Below are positions 24,405 to 38,124 of a DNA stretch of 64,000 bases, piece by piece. Source of the stretch: Anthoceros angustus (lineage: Eukaryota; Plantae; Anthocerotophyta). The translations under genes and the position numbers were made by a program. Numbering within the stretch: the stretch's first letter is position 1; every line of letters begins with the position of its first letter. The stretch lies in assembly GCA_010909165.1 (NCBI GenBank), contig VJWM01000281.1, positions 62,001-126,000 of the forward strand, written 5' to 3'. The notes beneath the pieces were generated by a model that ran no database searches, was not told the DNA's origin, and worked only from the letters and a program-made list of their open reading frames with translations.

Positions 24405-26561
24405 GTTTCTCAATGTCTTGTTACGTGAGTTAGGCTCTTTATTTTCTTGGGATCTAAAAACGAAAGGAGGCGGTTACTAGGATTCAATACCGTATTTGTT
24501 CACACGATGGAACATATATAGTCTTTCTTTCGGTGAAATTTCTCGGTATTTATTCAAAGATATTTACAAGCCAGCTCACAAAAAAAACCCTATTGTGGCT
24601 ATCATGATGTGCAAGCTTGATCACATGTTGCTCACCCTAATAAACCCCCACGGTCCTAGTTCATGTAGTTCAAATCCGCCACTTGGCCAACTACTAGTTG
24701 AACTGCAATTCAACGACGCCCGAATTGCCAGTGCGAGGAGGTCTTTACTATGTAGAAAAGGTTTTTTTTTTTTTTTGGTTGGAAGTTTCATGCCAAAGCT
24801 GGTTAAAAAGTAACGTTTGGGTCGGACCGTTCGATGATAGTTCATACATGCCACATAAGCAATCATGCTTTAGTAGAGAAATTAATCCAAAATAGAATGG
24901 GTGTAGTTTCTCTTTGATGTAGACTAAGACTAAGCTTGAACTATCATTGAACTACTAGTTTGGCATGGACCTCGCCTAATGAGTTTTGCTTTCTCACCGT
25001 CTTCTTGTTCAAACATGAAGATCACTTTTGAATAGGTTTTCAAAGTTTTGGTGTTTCATACTCAAGATGGGGTATTGTTATTCTTCTTCTATTTATCTAT
25101 CTAGGTACATGATCGGCATCAACAAATCCATCAATTGCAAGAATGTATCCAAGCGATGGACAATAAACACCAACAATATTTTTGCCAACTTCATTGCTAG
25201 TTCTAAATAAAGCTCCAAAACCTACATTATTTACATCGTCCTCGAAATTAGCATACAATGAGCCTAATTGTGTGTCTTCGTATATGTGGGCGTAGTTGAT
25301 CTTGGCATGCAAGTCCTTGCACTACATGTCGGTACTAGGTGCTTCTTTGGCTTCTTGATCCCACTCCTCGTGAGACAGTTTTATGAGCCTCCAATGCGCC
25401 ATGTGATTATTCTATTACTTGGCCAATCACGATGATTACTTTTGGTCTTTGCCCTTTTCTATTCTTGGAATTTTTGATTTGTTGAGTAGCCTACCAACTA
25501 CGGACCGTGATCCAAGGACGAGCATAGTCTCGATGAGCTAAGCACCTAATCGATTGCACGGCGCAGCACGAGATGGTGGACTGCGCAAGGAGGCGGCTTG
25601 CGACTAACCATAGTCGTGCTAGCCTAGGTTAACTCACTAGAGCATAGTTAGCAAACCGTAGTCAAGAACCTCGGGTTACACAAATTGGACATGGACACGG
25701 ACCAAGCCGCAGGGCTACAAGTCACACGCCAAGATCAAGAAGACTCTCTTCTTCATGCCCCTCGCCTCGCTCGCGGTCGAGGCCCTCGCCATGTGCGCTC
25801 ATATATGGTATCAAAGCCTATCCATCGATCTGCACCGATGTTTCTTGAAGATCTCAATGCCGGAGTGGATCAAAGAAGGAGATATGGGAGCTTGCGTAAC
25901 GATCGAGCGTTAGGGCTTAGGGCGGGAGCAGCAAGCCTTGTCATAGCATTAGGGCTTATCCGACTTCTAGAAAAGGTAGTTAATATAAGCGGCATCCTAC
26001 GAGATGGGCACCCACAGCACGAGGAGCGCAGCGGGAACGAGAGTCTCTTGGATCTTGGGAACGGATCAAGTAGCCCGCGCCTTGTCCGAGCACGTGTTCA
26101 AATATTTGACTCACCTTGTTCTTGACTAGAGTATGCCTAACTCGTTAGTTGATCCTAGGTTAGTCTCTCAAGCTAAACTAAGTACATCCTATAGCTAGCT
26201 AGCTAGCCCTCGTGCTTGCTATGTCGGACGCCGCCACGGCCCTCGGCGAGGATTAGCGGCTCGGTGCTATGTCCATCATAGCCTCGCGATCGACTATGTC
26301 CTTCACGGTGGAGCTTGCTCAATCCGTGATGATTAACAAAAGCTCATACACTCTTAAGTGCACAAGCACGAAGCAATTGTAACTATGGTTGATATAAACA
26401 TAATTTCTAAGAAGGCACAAGTTGGTCTTGAAGATGGTCTTTGCCCTCTTCCTCTTCTTGGCATGCAAGTCCTTGCACCATTCTTGCGTGCCTTTTGAGA
26501 CATGTTGTATGATTCCCCAATGTGCCAAGAGATTATTCTTTTACTTGTTCAAACATGAAGA

Positions 26562-26988
26562 TCACTTTTGGTCTTTGCCCTCTTCCTCTTCTTGGCATTT
26601 TCGGTGATTTGTGGAGCAACCCACTAATGTTTCATTATAACTTATTTCAAAAACTTTAATCAAATCCATATGGACATATACATATGTCCAAACAGTTCAA
26701 ATCCGCCGTGACGAGGAAAATGCAAATGCTAGCCTAGTCTAGAAAAATAATGAGTTTTGCTTTCTCACCGTCTTCTTGGACCGCGTCAACCCGTAGTAGA
26801 CATCGATTGGCACGCTTAGGCTATGAATATCGGTCTCAAATATTTTTCATGACGAGGCGACCCTGCTCTTCTTGTTCAAGGTACAATACACTATTTCAAG
26901 ATCGCAAAGTGGACATTTGAAAGGTCCTTGATAGCTTTGGCACGACTTTTGTGATTTTTGGTTTTGCCCAGCTCTTACGCTTGCCCAT
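26562..26988 (-). CDS. ELF1: ELF1-like copy
   Basis: Same monomer segment with small indels. Confidence 0.78.
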
Positions 26989-29184
26989 GTTTCTCAATGT
27001 CTTGTTCGTGAGTTAGGCTCTTTATTTTCTTGGGATCTAAAAAGCGAAAGGAGGCGGTTACTAGGATTCAATACCGTATTTGTTCACACGATGGAACATA
27101 TATAGTCTTTCTTCGGTGAAATTTCTCGGTATTTATTCAAAGATATTTACAAGCCAGCTCACAAAACCCTATTGTGGCTATCATGATGTGCAAGCTTGAT
27201 CACATGTTGCTCACCCTAATAAACCCCCACGGTCCTAGTTCATGTAGTTCAAATCCGCCACTTGGCCAACTACTAGTTGAACTGCTAGTTGAACTACATT
27301 GCCGGCGAGGAGGTCTTTACTATGTAGAAAAGGTTTTTTTTTTTTGGTTGGAAGTTTCATGCCAAAGCTGGTTAAAAAGTAACGTTTGGGTCGGACCGTT
27401 CGATGATAGTTCATACATGCCACATAAGCAATCATGCTTTAGTAGAAATTAATCCAAAATAGAATGGGTGTAGTTTCTCTTTGATGTAGACTAAGCTTGA
27501 ACTATCATTGAACTACTAGTTTGGCATGGACCGTTCGATGATAGTTCATACATGCCACATAAGCAATCATGCTTTAGTAGAAATTGATCCAAAATAGAAT
27601 GGGTGTAGTTTCTCTTTGATGTAGACTAGGTTTTCAAAGTTTTGGTGTTTCATACTCAAGATGGGGTATTGTTATTCTTCTTCTATTTATCTATCTAGGT
27701 ACATGGTAGCATCAACAAATCCATCAATTGCAAGAATGTATCCAAGCGATGGACAATAAACACCAACAATATTTTTTGCCAACTTCATTGCTAGTTCTAA
27801 ATAAAGCTCCAAAACCTACATTATTTACATCGTCCTCGAAATTAGCATACAATGAGCCTAATTGTGTGTCTTCGTATATGTGGGGGCGTAGTTTGATCTT
27901 GGCATGCAAGTCCTTGCACTACATGTCGGTACTAGGTGCTTCTTTGGCTTCTTGATCCCACTCCTCGTGAGACAGGTTTTATGAGCCTCCAATGCGCCAT
28001 GTGATTATTCTATTACTTGGCCAATCACGATGATTACTTTTTGATCTTTGCCCCTTTTCTATTCTTGGAATTTTTGACTGATTTGTTGAGTAGCCTACCA
28101 ACTACGGACCGTGATCAGGGCGAGCATAGTCTCGATGAGCTAAGCACCTAATCGGTGCAGACGACCGCGAGATGGTGGATGCGGCAAGGAGGCGGCTTGC
28201 GACTAACCATAGTCGTGCTAGCCTAGGTTAACTCACTAGAGCATAGTTAGCAAACCGTAGTCAAGAACCTCGGGTTACACAAATTGGACATGGACACGGA
28301 CCAAGCCGCGGGGGCTACAAGTCACACGCCAAGATCAAGAAGACTCTCTTCTTCATGCCCCTCGCCTCGCTCGAGGCCCTCGTCATGTGCGCTCATATGG
28401 TATCAAAGCCTATCCATCGATCTGCGACCGATGTTTCTTGAAGATCTCAATGCACCGGAGTGGATCAAAAGAAGGAGATATGGGAGCTTGCTCAATCCGC
28501 CACTTGGCCAATCACGATGATTACTTTTGGTCTTTGCCCTTTTCTATTCTTGGAATTTTGGTGATTTGTGGAGCAAGCCTTGTCATAGCATTAGGGCTTA
28601 TCCACTTCTAGAAAAGGTAGTTAATATAAGCGGCATCCTACGAGATGGGCACCCACGAGGAGCGGCAAGGCGAACGAGAGAGTCTCTTGGATCTTGGGAA
28701 CGGATCAAGTAGCCCGCGCCTTGTCCGAGCACGTGTTCAAATATTTGACTCACCTTGTTCTTGACTAGAGTATGCCTAACTCGTTAGTTGATCCTAGGTT
28801 AGTCTCTCAAGCTAAACTAACAGTACATCCTATAGCTAGCTAGCTAGCCCTCGTGCTTGCGCTATGTCGGACGCCGCCACGGCCCTCGCCGGGATTAGGC
28901 GGCTCGGTGCTATGTCCATCATAGCCTCGCGATCGACTATGTCCTTCACGGTGGAGCTTGCTCAATCCGCCGTGTGATTAACAAAAGCTCATACACTCTT
29001 AAGTGCACAAGCACGAAGCAATTGTAACTATGGTTGATATAAACATAATTTCTAAGAAGGCACAAGTTGGTCTTGAAGATGGTGCTGTCGTATTCTGGCA
29101 CCATTCTTGCGTGCCTTTTGAGACATGTTGTATGATTCCCCAATGTGCCAAGAGATTATTCTTTTACTTGTTCAAACATGAAGA

Positions 29185-29610
29185 TCACTTTTGGTCTTTG
29201 CCCTCTTCCTCTTCTTGGCATTTTCGGCTGATTTGTGGAGCAACCCACTAATGTTTCATTATAACTTATTCAAAAACTTTAATCAAATCCAAAACATATA
29301 CATATGTCCAAGCAGTTCTAAATCGGTGTGAGGAAAATGCAAATGCTAGCCTAGTCTAGAAAAATAATGAGTTTTGCTTTCTCACCGTCTTCTTGGACCG
29401 CGTCAACCTGTAGTAGACATCGATTGGCACGCTTAGGCTATGAATATCGTCTCAAATATTTTTCACAGCGCCAAGATCAAGAAGACTCTCTTCTTGTTCA
29501 AGGTACAATACACTATTTCAAGATCGCAGTGGACATTTGAAAGGTCCTTGAGATAGCTTTGGCACGACTTTTGTGATTTTTGGTTTTGCCCAGCTCTTAC
29601 GCTTGCCCAT
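29185..29610 (-). CDS. ELF1: ELF1-like copy (centre replaced by another monomer fragment)
   Basis: N- and C-terminal Elf1 motifs are present. Positions ~29468-29492 carry a piece from elsewhere in the monomer. Confidence 0.72.
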
Positions 29611-31746
29611 GTTTCTCAATGTCTTGTTCGTGAGTTAGGCTCTTTATTTTCTTGGGATCTAAAAAGCGAAAGGAGGCGGTTACTAGGATTCAATACCGTA
29701 TTTGTTCACGATGGAACATATATAGTCTTTCTTTCGGTGAAATTTCTCGGTATTTATTCAAAGATATTTACAAGCCAGCTCACAAAAAAACCCTATTGTG
29801 GCTATCATGATGTGCAAGCTTGATCACATGTTGCTCACCCTAATAAACCCCACGGTCCTAGTTCATGTAGTTCAAATCCGCCACTTGGCCAACTACTAGT
29901 TGAACTGCAATTCAACGCCGAATTGCGAGGAGGTCTTTACTATGTAGAAAAGGTTTTTTTTTTTTTTTGGTTGGAAGTTTCATGCCAAAGCTGGTTAAAA
30001 GTAACGTTTGGGTCGGACCGTTCGATGATAGTTCATACATGCCACATAAGCAATCATGCTTTAGTAGAGAAATTGATCCAAAATAGAATGGGTGTAGTTT
30101 CTCTTTGATGTAGACTAAGACTAAGCTTGAACTATCATTGAACTACTAGTTTGGCATGGACCTCGTCTAATCATTCTGCGTTCTCTTTGCACTTTTGAAT
30201 AGGTTTTCAAAGTTTTGGTGTTTCATACTCAAGATGGGGTATTGTTATTCTTCTTCTATTTATCTATCTAGGTACATGGCATCAACAAATCCATCAATTG
30301 CAAGAATGTATCCAAGCGATGGACAATAAACACCAACAATATTTTTGCCAACTTCATTGCTAGTTCTAAATAAAGCTCCAAAACCTACATTATTTACATC
30401 GTCCTCGAAATTAGCATACAATGAGCCTAATTGTGTGTCTTCGATATGTGGGGCGTAGTTTGATCTTGGCATGCAAGTCCTTGCACTACATGTCGGTACT
30501 AGGTGCTTCTTTGGCTTCTTGATCCCACTCCTCGTGAGACAGGTTTTATGAGCCTCCAATGCGCCATTTGATTATTCTATTACTTGGCCAATCACGATGT
30601 TTACTTTTTGGTCTTTGCCCCTTTTCTATTCTTGGAATTTTTGACTGATTTGTTGAGTAGCCTACCAACTACCTGGACCGTGATCCAAGGACGAGCATAG
30701 TCTCGATGAGCTAAGCACCTAATCAGTGCCAGAAGAGCAGCCGCACGAGATGGTGGACTGCAGCAAGGAGCTGGCTTGCGACTAACCATAGTCGTGCTAG
30801 CCTAGGTTAACTCACTAGAGCATAGTTAGCAAACCGTAGTCAAGAACCTCGGGTTACACAAATTGGACATGGACACGGACCAAGCCGCGGGGCTACAAGT
30901 CACACGCCAAGATCAAGAAGACTCTCTTCTTCATGCCCCTCGCCTCGCTCGCGGTCGAGGCCCTCGTCATGTGCGCTCATATATGGTATCAAAGCCTATC
31001 CATCGATCTGCGACCGATGTTTCTTGAAGATCTCAATGCACCGGAGTGGATCAAAAGAAGGAGATATGGGAGCTTCACAACGATCGAGCATTAGGGCTTA
31101 GGGCGGGGAGCAGCAAGCCTTGTCATAGCATTAGGGCTTATCCACTTCTAGAAAAGGTAGTTAATATAAGCGGCATCCTACGAGATGGGCACCCACAGCA
31201 CGAGGAGCGGCAGAACGAGAGAGTCTCTTGGATCTTGGGAACGGATCAAGTAGCCCGCGCCTTGTCCGAGCACGTGTTCAAATATTTGACTCACCTTGTT
31301 CTTGACTAGAGTATGCCTAACTCGGTTAGTTGATCCTAGGTTAGTCTCTCAAGCTAAACTAACTGTACATCCTATAGCTAGCTAGCTAGCCCTCGTGCTA
31401 TGTCCATCATAGCCTCGCGATCGACTATGTCGGACGCCGCCACGGCCCTCGGCGGATTAGGTGGCTCGGTGCTATGTCCATCATAGCCTCGCGATCGACT
31501 ATGTCCTTCACTGGAGCTTGCTCAATCCGCCGTGACGATTAACAAAAGCTCATACACTCTTAAGTGCACAAGCACGAAGCAATTGTAACTATGGTTGATA
31601 TAAACATAATTTCTAAGAAGGCACAAGTTGGTCTTGAAGATGGTCTGTGTCGTATTCTGGCACCATTCTTGCGTGCCTTTTGAGACATGTTGTATGATTC
31701 CCCAATGTGCCAAGAGATTATTCTTTTACTTGTTCAAACATGAAGA

Positions 31747-32179
31747 TCACTTTTTGGTCTTTGCCCTCTTCCTCTTCTTGGCATTTTCGGCTGATTTGTG
31801 GAGCAACCCACTAATGTTTCATTATAACTTATTTCAAAAACTTTAATCAAATCCAAACATATACATATGTCCAAAGCAGTTCTAAATCGGGCGTGAGGAA
31901 AATGCAAATGCTAGCCTAGTCTAGAAAAATAATGAGTTTTGCTTTCTCACCGTCTTCTTGGACCGCGTCAACCCATGTAGTAGACATCGATTGGCACGCT
32001 TAGGCTATGAATATCGGTCTCAAAATATTTTTGCCAACTACTAGTTTGGCATGGACCTCGTCTTCTTGTTCAAGGTACAATACACTATTTCAAGATCGCA
32101 GTGGACATTTGAAAGGTCCTTGATAGCTTTGCACGACTTTTGTGATTTTTGGTTTTGCCCAGCTCTTACGCTTGCCCAT
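31747..32179 (-). CDS. ELF1: ELF1-like copy (centre replaced by another monomer fragment)
   Basis: KYFETDIHSLSVPIDVYY-WVDAVQED and MGKRKSWAKP are present. Positions ~32033-32060 are a substituted piece. Confidence 0.72.
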
Positions 32180-35100
32180 GTTTCTCAATGTCTTGTTCGT
32201 GAGTTAGGCTCTTTATTTTCTTGGGATCTAAAAACGAAAGGAGATTACTAGGATTCAATACGTATTTGTTCACACGATGGAACATATATAGTCTTTCTTT
32301 CGGTGAAATTTCTCGGTATTTATTCAAAGATATTTACAAGCCAGCTCACAAAAACCCTATTGTGGCTATCATGATGTGCAAGCTTGATCACATGTTGCTC
32401 ACCCTAATAAACCCCACGGTCCTAGTTCATGTAGTTCAAATCCGCCACTTGGCCAACTACTAGTTGAACTACTAGTTGAACTACATTGCCAATGCGAGGA
32501 GGTCTTTACTATGTAGAAAAGGTTTTTTTTTTTTGGTTGGAAGTTTCATGCCAAAGTGGTTAAAAAGTAACGCTTTGGGTCGGACCGTTCGATGATAGTT
32601 CATACATGCCACATAAGCAATCATGCTTTAGTAGAGAAATTGATCCAAAATAGAATGGGTGTAGTTTCTCTTTGATGTAGACTAAGACTAAGCTTGAACT
32701 ATCATTGAACTACTAGTTTGGCATGGACCTCGTCTAATCCGTTCGTTCTCTTTGCACTTTTGAATAGGTTTTCAAAGTTTTGGTGTTTCATACTCAAGAT
32801 GGGGTATTGTTATTCTTCTTCTATTTATCTATCTAGGTACATGATGGCATCAACAAATCCATCAATTGCAAGAATGTATCCAACGATGGACAATAAACAC
32901 CAACAATATTTTTGCCAACTTCATTGCTAGTTCTAAATAAAGCTCCAAAACCTACATTATTTACATCGTCCTCGAAATTAGCATACAATGAGCCTAATTG
33001 TGTGTCTTCGTATATGTGGGCGTAGTTGATCTTGGCATGCAAGTCCTTGCACTACATGTCGGTACTAGGTGCTTCTTTGGCTTCTTGATCCCACTCCTCG
33101 TGAGACAGTTTTATGAGCCTCCAATGCGCCATGTGATTATTCTATTACTTGGCCAATCACGATGATTACTTTTTGGTCTTTGCCCTTTTCTATTCTTGGA
33201 ATTTTTGGTGATTTGTTGAGTAGCCTACCAACTACGGACGTGATCCAAGGGCGAGCATAGTCTCGATGAGCTAAGCACCTAATCGGTGCAGACGGCCGCA
33301 CGAGATGGTGGATGCGGCAAGGAGGCGGCTTGCGACTAACCATAGTCGTGCTAGCCTAGGTTAACTCACTAGAGCATAGTTAGCAAACCGTAGTCAAGAA
33401 CCTCGGGTTACACAAATTGGACATGGACACGGACCAAGCCGCAGGGCTACAAGTCACACGCGCCAAGATCAAGAAGACTCTCTTCTTCATGCCCCTCGCC
33501 TCGCTCGCGGTCGAGGCCCTCGCCATGTGCGCTCATATATGGTATCAAAGCCTATCCATCGATCTGCGACCGATGTTTCTTGAAGATCTCAATGCACCGG
33601 AGTGGATCAAAGAAGGAGATATGGGAGCTTCGATAGCTTTGGCACGACTTTTGTGATTTTTGGTTTTGCCCAGCTCTTACGCTTGCCCATGTTTCTCAAT
33701 GTCTTGTTCGTGAGTTAGGCTCTTTATTTTCTTGGGATCTAAAAAGCGAAAGGAGATTACTAGGATTCAATACCGTATTTGTTCACACGATGGAACATAT
33801 ATAGTCTTTCTTTCGTGAAATTTCTCGGTATTTATTCAAAGATATTTACAAGCCAGCTCACAAAAACCCTATTGTGGCTATCATGATGTGCAAGCTTGAT
33901 CACATGTTGCTCACCCTAATAAACCCCACGGTCCTAGTTCATGTAGTTCAAATCCGCCACTTGGCCAACTACTAGTTGAACTGCAATTCAACAATGAGGA
34001 GGTCTTTACTATGTAGAAAAGGTTTTTTTTTTTTTTTTTTTGGTTGGAAGTTTCATGCCAAAGTGGTTAAAAAGTAACGCTTTGGGTCGGACCGTTCGAT
34101 GATAGTTCATACATGCCACATAAGCAATCATGCTTTAGTAGAGAAATTGATCCAAAATAGAATGGGTGTAGTTTCTCTTTGATGTAGACTAGGTTTTCAA
34201 AGTTTTGGTGTTTCATACTCAAGATGGGGTATTGTTATTCTTCTTCTATTTATCTATCTAGGTACATGATGGCATCAACAAATCCATCAATTGCAAGAAT
34301 GTATCCAATCGATGGACAATAAACACCAACAATATTTTTGCCAACTTCATTGCTAGTTCTAAATAAAGCTCCAAAACCTACATTATTTACATCGTCCTCG
34401 AAATTAGCATACAATGAGCCTAATTGTGTGTCTTCGATATGTGGGCGTAGTTGATCTTGGCATGCAAGTCCTTGCACTACATGTCGGTACTAGGTGCTTC
34501 TTTGGCTTCTTGATCCCACTCGTGAGACAGTTTTATGAGCCTCCAATGCGCCATGTGATTATTCTATTACTTGGCCAATCACGATGATTACTTTTTGGTC
34601 TTTGCCCTTTTCTATTCTTGGAATTTTTGATTTGTTGAGTAGCCTACCAACTACGGACCGTGATCCAAGGACGAGCATAGTCTCGATGAGCTAAGCACCT
34701 AATCGGTGCAGACGGCCGCACGAGATGGTGGATCAAGAAGGAGATATGGGAGCTTGCGACTAACCATAGTCGTGCTAGCCTAGGTTAACTCACTAGAGCA
34801 TAGTTAGCAAACCGTAGTCAAGAACCTCGGGTTACACAAATTGGACATGGACACGGACCAAGCCGCAGGGCTACAAGTCACACGCGCCAAGATCAAGAAG
34901 ACTCTCTTCTTCATGCCCCTCGCCTCGCTCGCGGTCGAGGCCCTCGCCATGTGCGCTCATATATGGTATCAAAGCCTATCCATCGATGCATTGCGACCGA
35001 TGTTTCTTGAAGATCTCAATGCACCGGAGTGGATCAAAGAAGGAGATATGGGAGCTTGCGCCAACGATCGAGCATTAGGGCTTAGGGCGGAGCAGACAAG

Positions 35101-35890
35101 CCTTGTCATAGCATTAGGGCTTATCCGACTTCTAGAAAAGGTAGTTAATATAAGCGGCATCCTACGAGATGGTGGAGCTTGCGACTAACCATAGTCGTGC
35201 TAGCCTAGTCTAGAAAAATAATGAGTTTTGCTTTCTCACCGTCTTCTTGGCATGCAAGTCCTTGCACTACATGTCGGTACTAGGTGCTTCTTTGGCTTAT
35301 CCGACTTCTAGAAAAGGTAGTTAATATAAGCGGCATCCTACGAGATGGGCACCCACAGCACGAGGAGCGGCAAGTCGGGAACGAGAGTCTCTTGGATCTT
35401 GGGAACGGATCAAGTAGCCCGCGCCTTGTCCGAGCACGTGTTCAAATATTTGACTCACCTTGTTCTTGACTAGAGTATGCCTAACTCGTTAGTTGATCCT
35501 AGGTTAGTCTCTCAAGCTAAACTAACCGTACATCCTATAGCTAGCTAGCTAGCCCTCGTGCTTCGCTATGTCGGACGCCGCCACGGCCCTCGCCGGATTA
35601 GGCGGCTCGGTGCTATGTCCATCATAGCCTCGCGATCGACTATGTCCTTCACGGTGGAGCTTGCTCAATCCGCCGTGACGATTAACAAAAGCTCATACAC
35701 TCTTAAGTGCACAAGCACGAAGCAATTGTAACTATGGTTGATATAAACATAATTTCTAAGAAGGCACAAGTTGGTCTTGAAGATGGTGCTGTGTCGTATT
35801 CTGGCACCATTCTTGCGTGCCTTTTGAGACATGTTGTATGATTCCCCAATGTGCCAAGAGATTATTCTTTTACTTGTTCAAACATGAAGA

Positions 35891-36323
35891 TCACTTTTTG
35901 GTCTTTGCCCTCTTCCTCTTCTTGGCATTTTTGATTTGTGGAGCAACCCACTAATGTTTCATTATAACTTATTTCAAAAACTTTAATCAAATCCATATGG
36001 ACATATACATATGTCCAAACAGTTCAAATCGGTGCGAGGAAAATGCAAATGCTAGCCTAGTCTAGAAAAATAATGAGTTTTGCTTTCTCACCGTCTTCTT
36101 GGACCGCGTCAACCCGGTGTAGTAGACATCGATTGGCACGCTTAGGCTATGAATATCGGTCTCAAATATTTTTCACAGGCGACGAGGCGACCCTGATTCT
36201 TCTTCTTGTTCAAGGTACAATACACTATTTCAAGATCGCAAAGTGGACATTTGAAAGGTCCTTGAGATAGCTTTGGCACGACTTTTGTGATTTTGGTTTT
36301 GCCCAGCTCTTACGCTTGCCCAT
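35891..36323 (-). CDS. ELF1: ELF1-like copy
   Basis: Reads ...GPFKCPLCDLEIVYCTLNKKKNQGRLVACEKY..., then IHSLSVPIDVYY and DAVQED. Confidence 0.82.
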
Positions 36324-38083
36324 GTTTCTCAATGTCTTGTTCGTGAGTTAGGCTCTTTATTTTCTTGGGATCTAAAAAGCGAAAGGAGGCAGTTACTAGG
36401 ATTCAATACCGTATTTGTTCACACGATGGAACATATATAGTCTTTCTTCGGTGAAATTTCTGGTATTTATTCAAAGATATTTACAAGCCAGCTCACAAAA
36501 ACCCTATTGTGGCTATCATGATGTGCAAGCTTGATCACATGTTGCTCACCCTAATAAACCCCACGGTCCTAGTTCATGTAGTTCAAATCCGCCACTTGGC
36601 CAACTACTAGTTGAACTACTAGTTGAACTACTAGTTGAACTGCAAGGAGGTCTTTACTATGTAGAAAAGGTTTTTTTTTTTTTTGGTTGGAAGTTTCATG
36701 CCAAAGTGGTTAAAAAGTAACGTTTGGGTCGGACCGTTCGATGATAGTTCATACATGCCACATAAGCAATCATGCTTTAGTAGAGAAATTAATCCAAAAT
36801 AGAATGGGTGTAGTTTCTCTTTGATGTAGACTAAGACTAAGCTTGAACTATCATTGAACTACTAGTTTGGCATGGACCTCGTCTAATCAAATCCAAAATA
36901 GAATGGGTGTAGTTTCTCTTTGCACTTTTGAATAGGTTTTCAAAGTTTTGGTGTTTCATACTCAAGATGGGGTATTGTTATTCTTCTTCTATTTATCTAT
37001 CTAGGTACATGATGGCATCAACAAATCCATCAATTGCAAGAATGTATCCAAGCGATGGACAATAAACACCAACAATATTTTTGCCAACTTCATTGCTAGT
37101 TCTAAATAAAGCTCCAAAACCTACATTATTTACATCGTCCTCGAAATTAGCATACAATGAGCCTAATTGTGTGTCTTCGTATATGTGGGGCGTAGTTTGA
37201 TCTTGGCATGCAAGTCCTTGCACTACATGTCGGTACTAGGTGCTTCTTTGGCTTCTTGATCCCACTCGTGAGACAGTTTTATGAGCCTCCAATGCGCCAT
37301 GTGATTATTCTATTACTTGGCCAATCACGATGATTACTTTTTGGTCTTTGCCCTTTTCTATTCTTGGAATTTTTGATCGATTTGTTGAGTAGCCTACCAA
37401 CTACGGACCGTGATCCAAGGACGAGCATAGTCTCGATGAGCTAAGCACCTAATCGGTGCAGACGAGCACGAGATGGTGGATCAAAGAAGGAGATATGGGA
37501 GCTTGCGACTAACCATAGTCGTGCTAGCCTAGGTTAACTCACTAGAGCATAGTTAGCAAACCGTAGTCAAGAACCTCGGGTTACACAAATTGGACATGGA
37601 CACGGACCAAGCCGCAGGGCTACAAGTCACACGCCAAGATCAAGAAGACTCTTCTTCATGCCCCTCGCCTCGCTCGCGGTCGAGGCCCTCGTCATGTGCG
37701 CTCATATATGGTATCAAAGCCTATCCATCGATGCATTGCGACCGATGTTTCTTGAAGATCTCAATGCACCGGAGTGGATCAAAAGAAGGAGATATGGGAG
37801 CTTGCGACCAACGATCGGCATTGTTAGGGCTTAGGGCGAGGACGGAGCAAGCCTTGTCATAGCATTAGGGCTTATCCGACTTCTAGAAAAGGTAGTTAAT
37901 ATAAGCGGCATCCTACGAGATGGGCACCCACAGCACGAGGAGCGGCAAGCGAGAGTCTCTTGGATCTTGGGAACGGATCAAGTAGCCCGCGCCTTGTCCG
38001 AGCACGTGTTCAAATATTTGACTCACCTTGTTCTTGACTAGAGTATGCCTAACTCGTTAGTTGATCCTAGGTTAGTCTCTCAA

Positions 38084-38124
38084 GCTAGCTAGCTAGCTAG
38101 CTAGCTAGCTAGCTAGCTAGCTAG
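38084..38124. repeat. (GCTA)n microsatellite expansion (also ~55658-55701)
   Basis: About 10 units, versus ~4 in the normal monomer. Confidence 0.9.
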
